64,000 nt of DNA, from the NCBI GenBank assembly GCA_044222185.1, contig JBGANV010000002.1, forward strand, positions 480,001 through 544,000, read 5' to 3'. Under the pieces are notes generated by a model. It was not told the DNA's origin and did not search any database. It worked only from the letters and a program-made list of their open reading frames with translations. The stretch is from Planctomycetota bacterium. Its GTDB lineage: Bacteria > Planctomycetota > GCA-002687715 > CAIWVZ01. Shown here one piece after another: positions 1 through 8,107 of this stretch; the first letter of the stretch is position 1; the number at the start of each line of letters is the position of its first letter. Both the position numbers and the translations under genes were made by a program.

Positions 1-1199
1 CCCGCGTTGCGGCACGGGGACGACGGAGCGAGGTGGAAGTCGCCGCCGGCCGGGTCGATCCACGACGGATCCGTCGCGCGGTTCGTCGGGTTCGCCGCGA
101 ACGCACCGGATCCGATGTCGGAGTACGTGACGTTGGGCGCCGCCGCACCGGCGAAGCCGAGGTCGGGACCCAGGTTTCCCCAGAGGATGCAGTTGGTGAC
201 GGCGACGCCCGCGCCTGGGCTCGTGAACAACCCCGCGCCGCCCCCCGATGAGTTCCCGTAGAAGACGTTGTTGGTGAGCGCCGCGCTTCCGCCGTTGGCC
301 GAAACCACGAAGGCCCCTCCGCCGAGCATCAGCGCCGAGTTGCCGGCGAACACGGAGCCCGAGAGCAGGAGGCCCGCGGCCTCGGAATAGAGTCCGCCGC
401 CCAGTGTCCAGTTCAGATAGAAGCCCGCCGTGTTCTGGATGAATCGGCACCCGGTGACCGTCGGCGACGTGGCGGCGAGGAATGCGAGGCCGCCGCCGGG
501 GCCGACGCCCGCGTTGTTCTGGAACGTGCAGCGCACGAGCGTGGGCGAACAGCCCGCGGAAGCTCCGAGGTTCCGGACCATCATGCCGCCACCGCCGGGG
601 AGGTTGTTGTTGGTCCCGCCGTTGGCCGTGTTGCCGAGGATCGCGCACTCGTCGAAGAGCGCATAGCAGGTCCCCGAGCCGGTCGTCTCGACGTAGATCC
701 CGCCGCCGGATTGGTCCGCGATGTTCCCGCTGATCGTGCAGTGCGAAACCGTGGGCGAAGCATTCGTCGACGCGCGACACTCCAGGCCACCTCCGCTCGC
801 GGAGCTCGCGAAGTTCCCCGTGATCGTGCAGTTCATGATCGTCGGCGACGAGTTCTGGCAAGTCACTCCGCCACCGCCGCCGGCGATGCGGAAGCCATTC
901 AGCACGGTCGTGGCGGCCTCGCCCGAAACGAACTGGACCACTCGCTGGCCCGGCGCGCCCAGGATCGTCGTCACGGAGGCGCCGCCCGAGCTTTGAACCG
1001 TGACGGCCTTTCCGAGGAAGTTGATGCCGCCCGAGTACGTCCCAGGCGCGACGAGGATCGTGGCGCCGGGCAAGGCTGCGCCGATGGCGGATTGGATCGT
1101 GGGGTACGTTCCGGGAACGTTCAGGGTCTGGGCAGCCGCCGTCCCGAGGACCAGCGATGCCGCGACGACGATGACGAGTGTCTTCACGTGGATCTCCAT
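1..1199 (-). CDS. Secreted right-handed parallel beta-helix (Pmp/pectin-lyase-like repeat) protein; 3' end runs off the window start
   Basis: Not in the ORF track; translated by hand from ATG at 1199: MEIHVKTLVIVVAASLVLGTAAA|QTLNVPGTYPTIQSAI..., repeated GGG(L/I/M)...(I/F)xxN rungs, and the typical DP..GDFHLAPSSPCRNAG cap at the window edge. Confidence 0.85.
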   Translation of the reverse strand, partial: MEIHVKTLVIVVAASLVLGTAAAQTLNVPGTYPTIQSAIGAALPGATILVAPGTYSGGINFLGKAVTVQSSGGASVTTILGAPGQRVVQFVSGEAATTVLNGFRIAGGGGGVTCQNSSPTIMNCTITGNFASSASGGGLECRASTNASPTVSHCTISGNIADQSGGGIYVETTGSGTCYALFDECAILGNTANGGTNNNLPGGGGMMVRNLGASAGCSPTLVRCTFQNNAGVGPGGGLAFLAATSPTVTGCRFIQNTAGFYLNWTLGGGLYSEAAGLLLSGSVFAGNSALMLGGGAFVVSANGGSAALTNNVFYGNSSGGGAGLFTSPGAGVAVTNCILWGNLGPDLGFAGAAAPNVTYSDIGSGAFAANPTNRATDPSWIDPAGGDFHLAPSSPCRNA

Positions 1200-1508
1200 G
1201 TCACGCCTGGAACGACCGATCCGATCGGATCGACCAAGCTGCGAGCATAGGGACCACGCCGGTTCGGCGCAACGAGAACGAATCCCGCCGGAATGCGGTG
1301 TCGGCGAGTGTCGAGCCGCACGGCCCAACGGCCGCCGCAGCCTGGCCCGTCTCGTTCTTTACATCCGCCCTGGTCGGGTGTACGGTCGGCGCTCACCCCG
1401 CTTGTTCCGCAGCTTCCCCGAAGCGTTCGTCAAGCATCCCGTCGCGCATGTCGAGGTCCGACGCGGATCCGGTCGCCGCTTGATGGCGACCGTGTCAGGA
1501 GATCGAAA

Positions 1509-3179
1509 ATGATGAAGCGTTCCGCGTGCCTGGGCGCGTTGGCCTGGGTCAGCCTGTCGACCGTCAGTGTCCTGGCTCAATCCAATGCCATCACAGGTCG
1601 TGACATCGGCATCGAGAGGTTTGGTTCGTTGAGTGCGGGCAACCGCGGAGTCGGCGCATTTCCAAACGGCGCGTCGGCATTCGGTATCGGCACGACCTCG
1701 TGCAACCCCGGCACGGACCCGATCCCGTTCGAGCCGGCGATGAGCGTCAATCACTGCTTCATCCACTACATCCTTGCGCGGGAGTCGGGCGGCCGCCTCG
1801 TTCAGATCTCCGATCGCAGCTACGTGAAGCACACCTTCGGCTCGTCGAACGATCCGAGCATCTGTGGCGGGACGTGCGTCAATCAGGCGACGTCGCCGAT
1901 CCTCGAGCCCGGCTGCAACGACGCGTACGCGGCGTCGCAGGCCATGGACAACTTCAACCTGGGCCCGCCGGATGAGATCGATCCCTGGCTCGGCACGTGG
2001 TCGCAGATCTGCTCGCGTTTCGATCAGGGTGACCCCGTCGTGGGATCGGCCCAGCAGTGCGACAACGTCCGCAGCCTGACGCAGACCCAGGCGAACACGC
2101 TCAACAACTCGCTCAACCACCAGCCGCGCGTCTACGACTCGGACCTGAACGTCGCGGGCGCCACGTTCTGGTACCAGGCCGGGTATCTGGCGCCGAAGGA
2201 GTTCGAGGCGAACCGCGGCAACAACATCGGATCGCGGCAGTTCACGCCGACGTGGACCGGCAGCAACTGGAACTTCGGCGGCGGATCACAGCAGCCGGGA
2301 CTGCCAGGCACGATCCTCCAGCGTTGGACCGGAGCGACGATCTCGTCTGCGGTGAATCAGAACGGAGCCAATCCTCCGGATGACGGCCGGTACTTCGTCG
2401 CCGTGAAGGTCACGGGGCCGTCGAGTGGGTTCTTCCACTACGAGTACGCCGTGCACAATCGCGACAACAAACGGGGAATGGGCAGCTTCCGCGTGCCGAT
2501 CTGCTCGGGAGCGCGCGTCACCAACTTCGGCTTCCACGACGTGGATCGCGACGCCAACGACGATTGGACCGCGACGGCCTCGGGCAGCCAGATCTCGTTT
2601 TCCACGACGGGGAATCCGCTGCGCTGGAACTCGATCTTCAACTTCTGGTTCGACTGCGACGCGGCTCCCGTCGCGGGCGGCGCATTGCAGCTCGATCAGT
2701 TCGATCCAGGAGCAGGCCTGCCGACGGTCACCGTGATCAGCACGGCACCGCTTGCGCTCTACAACGTGTGGCTCGGCGCGGGCTGCTCGCTCGGAACGGC
2801 GCCGACGCTCTTCGCCATCGGCTCACCCGATCATGCAACGCTCGGGAATGCGACGTTCGGCGCGGCCAGCGCCAACAACGCTCCGGGTGCGTTGGTCTAC
2901 CTGTTCGGGAGCACGGTCGACGGCACGCTGGTGGCGTCGCCGTGCAGCGTGTTCCTCGGCCCGGATCTCTTCAGCGTGAGTCTCATCGCGACGACGAACG
3001 CGAGCGGCCTCGGCGTCGCGACGTTCTCGCTGCCGGTGCCGAGCGATCCGGCGGCCGAAGGCGTGCACGTGAACATCCAGACGGCGGAATCGGACCCGAA
3101 CGGCGCCGTCAACGGCGTCTTCGATCTGTCGAACGGGCTCCGCGTCCGAGTCGGCAGCGCCCTCCTCGGCTGTCCGTAG
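1509..3179 (+). CDS. Secreted Cys-containing protein with a lysyl-oxidase-like N-terminal region and the shared C-terminal module
   Basis: AGGAGA RBS before ATG 1509; signal peptide ending VLA|Q; motifs SCNPG, KHTF, PGCNDAY, E-x5-NN; ends DPNG...DLSNGLRVRVG. Confidence 0.8.
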   Translation: MMKRSACLGALAWVSLSTVSVLAQSNAITGRDIGIERFGSLSAGNRGVGAFPNGASAFGIGTTSCNPGTDPIPFEPAMSVNHCFIHYILARESGGRLVQISDRSYVKHTFGSSNDPSICGGTCVNQATSPILEPGCNDAYAASQAMDNFNLGPPDEIDPWLGTWSQICSRFDQGDPVVGSAQQCDNVRSLTQTQANTLNNSLNHQPRVYDSDLNVAGATFWYQAGYLAPKEFEANRGNNIGSRQFTPTWTGSNWNFGGGSQQPGLPGTILQRWTGATISSAVNQNGANPPDDGRYFVAVKVTGPSSGFFHYEYAVHNRDNKRGMGSFRVPICSGARVTNFGFHDVDRDANDDWTATASGSQISFSTTGNPLRWNSIFNFWFDCDAAPVAGGALQLDQFDPGAGLPTVTVISTAPLALYNVWLGAGCSLGTAPTLFAIGSPDHATLGNATFGAASANNAPGALVYLFGSTVDGTLVASPCSVFLGPDLFSVSLIATTNASGLGVATFSLPVPSDPAAEGVHVNIQTAESDPNGAVNGVFDLSNGLRVRVGSALLGCP

Positions 3180-3233
3180 GCATCCAGCACGCGGCGCGCC
3201 AGGCGTGCCGTCGAACCGAGCGGCCATGCTCCC

Positions 3234-4952
3234 ATGCCCGATCGCCGCGACTTCCTGAAGACCGGACTGTCCGCCGTGGGCCTGGGCTTGCTGGCCCAGG
3301 CCGGCCGGGCGGCGCAGGCGCTCGGGCTCCGGCGTCCCATCGATCCCGGAGCCGTCGCCGCTCGGCCGAGGCCGCTTTCGTCGAATCCGTTCCTCGGCCT
3401 TCCCGCCAACCCGCCGTCGATCGTCGTCAGCGGGTTGCCGTTCGAGCCCTGGTTCACGGCCGACGACTTCCCGGACCCGCAATCCATTCCATTCCACGCG
3501 AGCTGGTCCGGGACGATCCCGCCACCGACGGAGACCGTGGACGTGGCCATCGTCGGCGGGGGAATCTCCGGCCTGGCGTCGGCGTACTTCCTGCGCAAGC
3601 ACCGCCCGGTGCTGTTCGACCTCCGCCCGCGATTCGGCGGCAACGCGCAGGGTGAGAAGTGGCGCGGGACGCGGTTCTCGCTCGGGAGCGCGTACTTCAT
3701 CGCACCGGACGAGGGCAGTTTCCTCGAAGACCTGTACCACGCGCTCGGTCTGCACGAGACGCGCGTCGAGAGCTTCCCACCGGACCCGGTGGAGGTTTCC
3801 GGGGTGATCCGGCCCGACTTCTGGAGCGGTGCCGGCGCCTCGCCCGCCGAGCAGCTCGCGTTCAACGCCTACGCCGCCGTCGTGACGAACATGGCGAACA
3901 ACGCCTATCCCGAGATTCCGCTCTCGAAGGATCCCGCGGCCGCTGCGTCGGTGCGTGCCCTCGACCAACGGACGTTCCGCCAGGACGTCGAGCTGCAGAT
4001 GGGGATGCCGCTCACGCCGCTGCTCGCGACGGGAATCCAGGCGTACTTCTACTCATCGTTCGGCGTGGGGATGGAGGCGATCTCCGCCGCAGCCGGATGG
4101 AATTTCGTGGCAGCGGAGGAGTTCGGCCGGTGGGTCCTGCCCGGCGGCAACGCGGGGATGGCGGACGCATTCTGGAAGAAGCTCCGAGCGGTGGAGGAGC
4201 AGGTCCCGACGGCGCCCATGCTGCGGGCCGGATGCCGCGTCGTCGACGTCCGCACGGAGGGCAAGCACGTCAAGGTCACCTGGATCGATCCGGCGGGGGC
4301 GACTCGCGCTCTGTTGGCGCGATACGTCGTGATGGCCGGGTCGAAGCACGTGTGCAAGCACGTGATCCACGACCTCGCGAACCTCGACAACGACAAATAC
4401 GAGGCCATGCAGCAGGTCGCCACGTCGGCCTACGTCGTCGCGAACGTCCTCCTGGACGCGCCGTCCGCGGCGCCCGGGTACGACCTGTTCCTCGCAGGCG
4501 ACGGTGACTTCCCCATGACGGAGAACGCCGCGGAACTGGCGTCGCGTCCCATCGACGTCGTCGACGGCAACTTTGCCCTGAACCCCAATCATCCGCGCAG
4601 CGTCTTGACGCTCTATTGGCCGTTGCCGTGGGCGACGGCGCGGTTCGGCCTGTTGCTCAACGATCCCTACACGCGATATGCGGAGACCCTCGCACCGCGG
4701 CTGACCGCGGTCCTGGGATTGCTCGACGTCCCCACGTCGGCCGTCAAGCAGATCCGTCTGTCGCGCTGGGGTCACGCCATGCCGATCGCGAGGCCGAACT
4801 TCATCGCTGACGGCATTCCCGAGCGGCTTCTGCGTCCGTTCCAGGATCGCGTCTTCTTCGTGAACCAGGACGACTGGGCGCTCCCGGCCATCGAAAACTC
4901 CCTGCTCGACGCGAAGAGCGTGACCGATCAGATCGCGGCGTCGTTGAGCTGA
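3234..4952 (+). CDS. Tat-exported FAD-dependent oxidoreductase (amine oxidase/spermidine dehydrogenase-like)
   Basis: RRDFLK twin-arginine signal; DVAIVGGGISGLASA Rossmann motif; FGGNA; RWGHAM near the C-terminus. Confidence 0.85.
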   Translation: MPDRRDFLKTGLSAVGLGLLAQAGRAAQALGLRRPIDPGAVAARPRPLSSNPFLGLPANPPSIVVSGLPFEPWFTADDFPDPQSIPFHASWSGTIPPPTETVDVAIVGGGISGLASAYFLRKHRPVLFDLRPRFGGNAQGEKWRGTRFSLGSAYFIAPDEGSFLEDLYHALGLHETRVESFPPDPVEVSGVIRPDFWSGAGASPAEQLAFNAYAAVVTNMANNAYPEIPLSKDPAAAASVRALDQRTFRQDVELQMGMPLTPLLATGIQAYFYSSFGVGMEAISAAAGWNFVAAEEFGRWVLPGGNAGMADAFWKKLRAVEEQVPTAPMLRAGCRVVDVRTEGKHVKVTWIDPAGATRALLARYVVMAGSKHVCKHVIHDLANLDNDKYEAMQQVATSAYVVANVLLDAPSAAPGYDLFLAGDGDFPMTENAAELASRPIDVVDGNFALNPNHPRSVLTLYWPLPWATARFGLLLNDPYTRYAETLAPRLTAVLGLLDVPTSAVKQIRLSRWGHAMPIARPNFIADGIPERLLRPFQDRVFFVNQDDWALPAIENSLLDAKSVTDQIAASLS

Positions 4953-5293
4953 CGCCGAACGGATCGTCGGTCCGCCGCGGCCTTCCGTGCCGGCACTTCG
5001 ATCCCGAGTTCGCGCAGCAGGCGTGCTCGCGTCGGGCGGGCGCTCGCGATTCTCTCCTTGTCCGGTCGCGCGAGCCGCTTCATGCGGATCTCGACGCGCT
5101 GGGCGAGGCCGCGCTCGCCGATGCGGCAGTGGTACAGCAGCGTGAGGGGCCCGCGCCCCCGCAGGAACTTGGCCCCGAGGCCGTTCGCGTGGGCCGCCAG
5201 GCGCCGCTCGACGTCGGGACTGATTCCCGTGTAGATCTCGTCGCCGGCGGTGCGGATCAGGTAGACGAACCAGGGTTTCATCGCGTCGGCCAT
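4928..5293 (-). CDS. GIY-YIG nuclease family protein (YhbQ/UPF0213-like)
   Basis: WFVYLIRT...IYTGISPDVERRLAAH...GAKFLRGRGP...E.RMK; convergent 25-bp overlap with the preceding gene. Confidence 0.88.
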   Translation of the reverse strand: MADAMKPWFVYLIRTAGDEIYTGISPDVERRLAAHANGLGAKFLRGRGPLTLLYHCRIGERGLAQRVEIRMKRLARPDKERIASARPTRARLLRELGIEVPARKAAADRRSVRRQLNDAAI

Positions 5294-5433
5294 GATCACG
5301 CCGCCCGTCATCGCGTTCCAGGCGGGCGTCGCCCGCCCGAAGCTCGCCTCGAAGTCCGTGTCATGTTCGAGGCCCCGGTGACGCTCAGCGATGGGATCTG
5401 TCCCTTTGGTTCCGATTTGGCTGGAGGTGTGCC

Positions 5434-6198
5434 ATGAGCGGCGAGAACGACGGCTACTTCTGTCGACTGCGGCGGTTCTGGTTCCCGGACTGGCCGACCG
5501 GGCTGTGGTTCCTCTTCGGCCTGATGCCGGCGCTCTTCTTCCAGACGGTCATCCACGAAGGCTGGCACGTCGTGTTCGCCAAGTTCAAAGTCGACGTCTT
5601 TGCGCCGTTTCCGCTCTGTCAGAAGGGCGGGCACATCCGCAACGGGCTCACGATCTACGACCTCGGCGTGCACGCGTTCCCCGCGGCGCCCCAGATCATG
5701 GAACTCGTGATGCTGGTCGGCCTGTTCTTCCTCCTCTTCTTCTGGCCGTTTCGCAGTCGCGCGCTCCGTTACGTGTTCCGGCTGTGGTTCTTCGCCGTGT
5801 GCGTCGACTTCTGCTTCAACACGTTCGCCTCGCTCTTCGGCAACCCGCGTCCCGACACGGACTGGACCAAGTTCCAGGCGGACCTGAAGTGGGGTGACGG
5901 CGGGATGGCCGTGTTCACCTGGATCCTGTGGATCGTGTTCGTCCTCAGCCATTTCGTCTGGGTCAACTGGTCGCGATGGCATCGCAACGAACCCGAGCGC
6001 GCCACGTTCTTCTCCTACCGCTGGATGGCGATCCCGTTGTTCCTTCTCTCCATGACGGCGCTGATCTTCACGTGGACCGTCAGCGACAAGCGGATCGACA
6101 AGGGATGCGCGTACGCGATCCTCGCCATGGTCGGGCAGATCCTCTCGGCGCTCTGGTTCGTGGCGTATTTCATCTGGTGCAGCGCGCGGAAGGCGTGA
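5434..6198 (+). CDS. Polytopic membrane protein with HExxH motif (M50-like intramembrane metallopeptidase candidate)
   Basis: GGAGG RBS; about 6 hydrophobic helices; VIHEGWH at the end of the first helix; downstream NPRPDTDW Asp motif. Confidence 0.6.
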   Translation: MSGENDGYFCRLRRFWFPDWPTGLWFLFGLMPALFFQTVIHEGWHVVFAKFKVDVFAPFPLCQKGGHIRNGLTIYDLGVHAFPAAPQIMELVMLVGLFFLLFFWPFRSRALRYVFRLWFFAVCVDFCFNTFASLFGNPRPDTDWTKFQADLKWGDGGMAVFTWILWIVFVLSHFVWVNWSRWHRNEPERATFFSYRWMAIPLFLLSMTALIFTWTVSDKRIDKGCAYAILAMVGQILSALWFVAYFIWCSARKA

Positions 6199-6206
6199 GG
6201 GCCGAT

Positions 6207-7754
6207 CTATCGGGGGTTCGGCGGAGCATTCATCTGATCGAGGCGCGTCGCGGCGAGACGACGCACCTGCACGTCTCCCTCGTTCTGCGGCTTCGTGTCC
6301 AGGATCGCACGAAGCTGCGAGCGCGCGCCGTCGCGGTCGCCGAGGATCATCAGGACCGTCGCGAGATCCATGCGCGCGCCCGTGAACTCGGGGTTCAGGG
6401 TCGTCGCGCGGCGAAGGCATGCCTCCGCCTGCGGCCACCGCTCGACGTAGCGGTGAGCGTTGCCGAGATACAGCTGGAGCTCGCCGGTCTGGGTCAATCC
6501 CCACCGCTCGGCCGTGGAAAGGTGGGCGAGCGCTGAATCGACGAGCGCCCCGCGCTCCGCGCGCGGGAGGTCGCGAGCCTGGCGAACGAGTGCCTTGCCG
6601 GTCCGCGTCTCCCACTGAACGAACGCGCTGTGCCCGGCGAACAGCAGCCATAGGACGATCGACGCCGCCGTCAGGACACCTGCGCGCGTCCACGCCCCGT
6701 CACGACGCAGCGTGAGCGATTGGAGGCGGAAGTCCGACGCGCCTACGAGGCGAACGGCCGTGATGCCGAGGAACGCCGTCACCGAGGCCAGGCCGATAGC
6801 CAGGAGGAACGGCACGACGTCGTACAGATCGCGGAACGCGTAGAGCGCGAGGCAGAAGACGGCGGCGAGCGTGACCTCACCCGGCCAGCTCAAGTCGTAC
6901 GTTCGTTTGGGAGGGCGCCGCGATGACGCAGGCTTTGCAACGGCCGGCGCACCGAATCCGAAGCTCAGTGCCTCCTTCGGGCAAGCCGTGACGCAGTCGA
7001 GGCACTTCATGCATCCGCTGTCGACGACCATCCCGTACGCCGCCACTTCCTCGTGGACCCGCACGTTGCTCGTGCAGACCGCCGTGCAATGGCCGCAGCC
7101 CTCGCAGGCGTCGTTGACGCGGATCTTCCCCGGCGCGATGCGATCGGCGACGCCGAAGATCGCTCCGTACGGACAACCGTATGTGCAGAACCCCTTGGCC
7201 CCGAGGAACCAGACGATGAGGAACCCGTCGACGAGGATCGTGAGCAGTGCGATCCCGGGTCCCGGAAACGTCCGCCAGAACGAATCGGTCGTGAAGTGAG
7301 CCGCGAACGCGGGCGCCGCGCGTGACGCCCACGCGCGCTCGATCGTCGGCCACGCGAACATGTAGAGCGCGGCGCCCATCGGCACGAGCATCAACAGCCG
7401 CGACCGGAACGGCCGCGGGCGCAGCCGCAGCTTGCCCAGGACCCACGCGCACAGGTCCTGGTACGCGACCACGTGACACGCCCACCCGCAGAAGAACCGC
7501 CCGAAGATCAGCGTCGACACGATCAGGAGCGCGAAGACGATGAATCCCGCGTTCACGTATCCGAGCTCGAGCGTTTGCATCGCCTCCGACGGCTCGAGCG
7601 GCGTGAGTGTGGTGCCCGCGATCTTCCAGTGGGCGACGTGGGCGAGCACCGCGATGTGGACGGCGACGAGGACCAGGGCACGCACTCGCCCGCGCTTCGA
7701 AGGCGCGACGGGACCACAGCGCGTGGCATGAGGGATGTTCGTCGGGAGCTCCAC
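6207..7754 (-). CDS. Membrane polyferredoxin (NapH/RdxA-like 4Fe-4S binding protein) with C-terminal TPR repeats
   Basis: GRFFCGWAC and FCTYGCPYG motifs; CEGCGHCTAVC and CMKCLDCVTACP clusters; TM helices; TPR-like tail. GTG 7754 chosen as start because of TATCCT-N7 upstream. Confidence 0.85.
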   Translation of the reverse strand: MELPTNIPHATRCGPVAPSKRGRVRALVLVAVHIAVLAHVAHWKIAGTTLTPLEPSEAMQTLELGYVNAGFIVFALLIVSTLIFGRFFCGWACHVVAYQDLCAWVLGKLRLRPRPFRSRLLMLVPMGAALYMFAWPTIERAWASRAAPAFAAHFTTDSFWRTFPGPGIALLTILVDGFLIVWFLGAKGFCTYGCPYGAIFGVADRIAPGKIRVNDACEGCGHCTAVCTSNVRVHEEVAAYGMVVDSGCMKCLDCVTACPKEALSFGFGAPAVAKPASSRRPPKRTYDLSWPGEVTLAAVFCLALYAFRDLYDVVPFLLAIGLASVTAFLGITAVRLVGASDFRLQSLTLRRDGAWTRAGVLTAASIVLWLLFAGHSAFVQWETRTGKALVRQARDLPRAERGALVDSALAHLSTAERWGLTQTGELQLYLGNAHRYVERWPQAEACLRRATTLNPEFTGARMDLATVLMILGDRDGARSQLRAILDTKPQNEGDVQVRRLAATRLDQMNAPPNPR

Positions 7755-8107
7755 GGCGCAGAGGATACGATCCCGCGGCATCGCGTCCGGCTTGGCGTGG
7801 GGGAGTGCGCGCCGCGATGGCGGGTTTCGCCGGAGACCCGTGTCGATTTGGGCGCGTTTTCGACCAACCGATCGGAGCGAGTCGGAAGGGCGCCGATCGG
7901 GCACGGTGCGGGCATGACGGGGCGTGCCCGTCGCCAGGGCGGGTCCGTGTCTCGATGATCTGGACTTCGTCGAGTCAAATGCCGTGCGCCTCGACTCCGT
8001 TGCATTGACCGCGCAGATTTCGATCCATAGGCTGCGGCGGATCAGAGTAGGCGTGAGCGCGGATTGGCGGAACAGCCGCGCGATGCAACTCCGAGCAGGA
8101 GCTCGCA

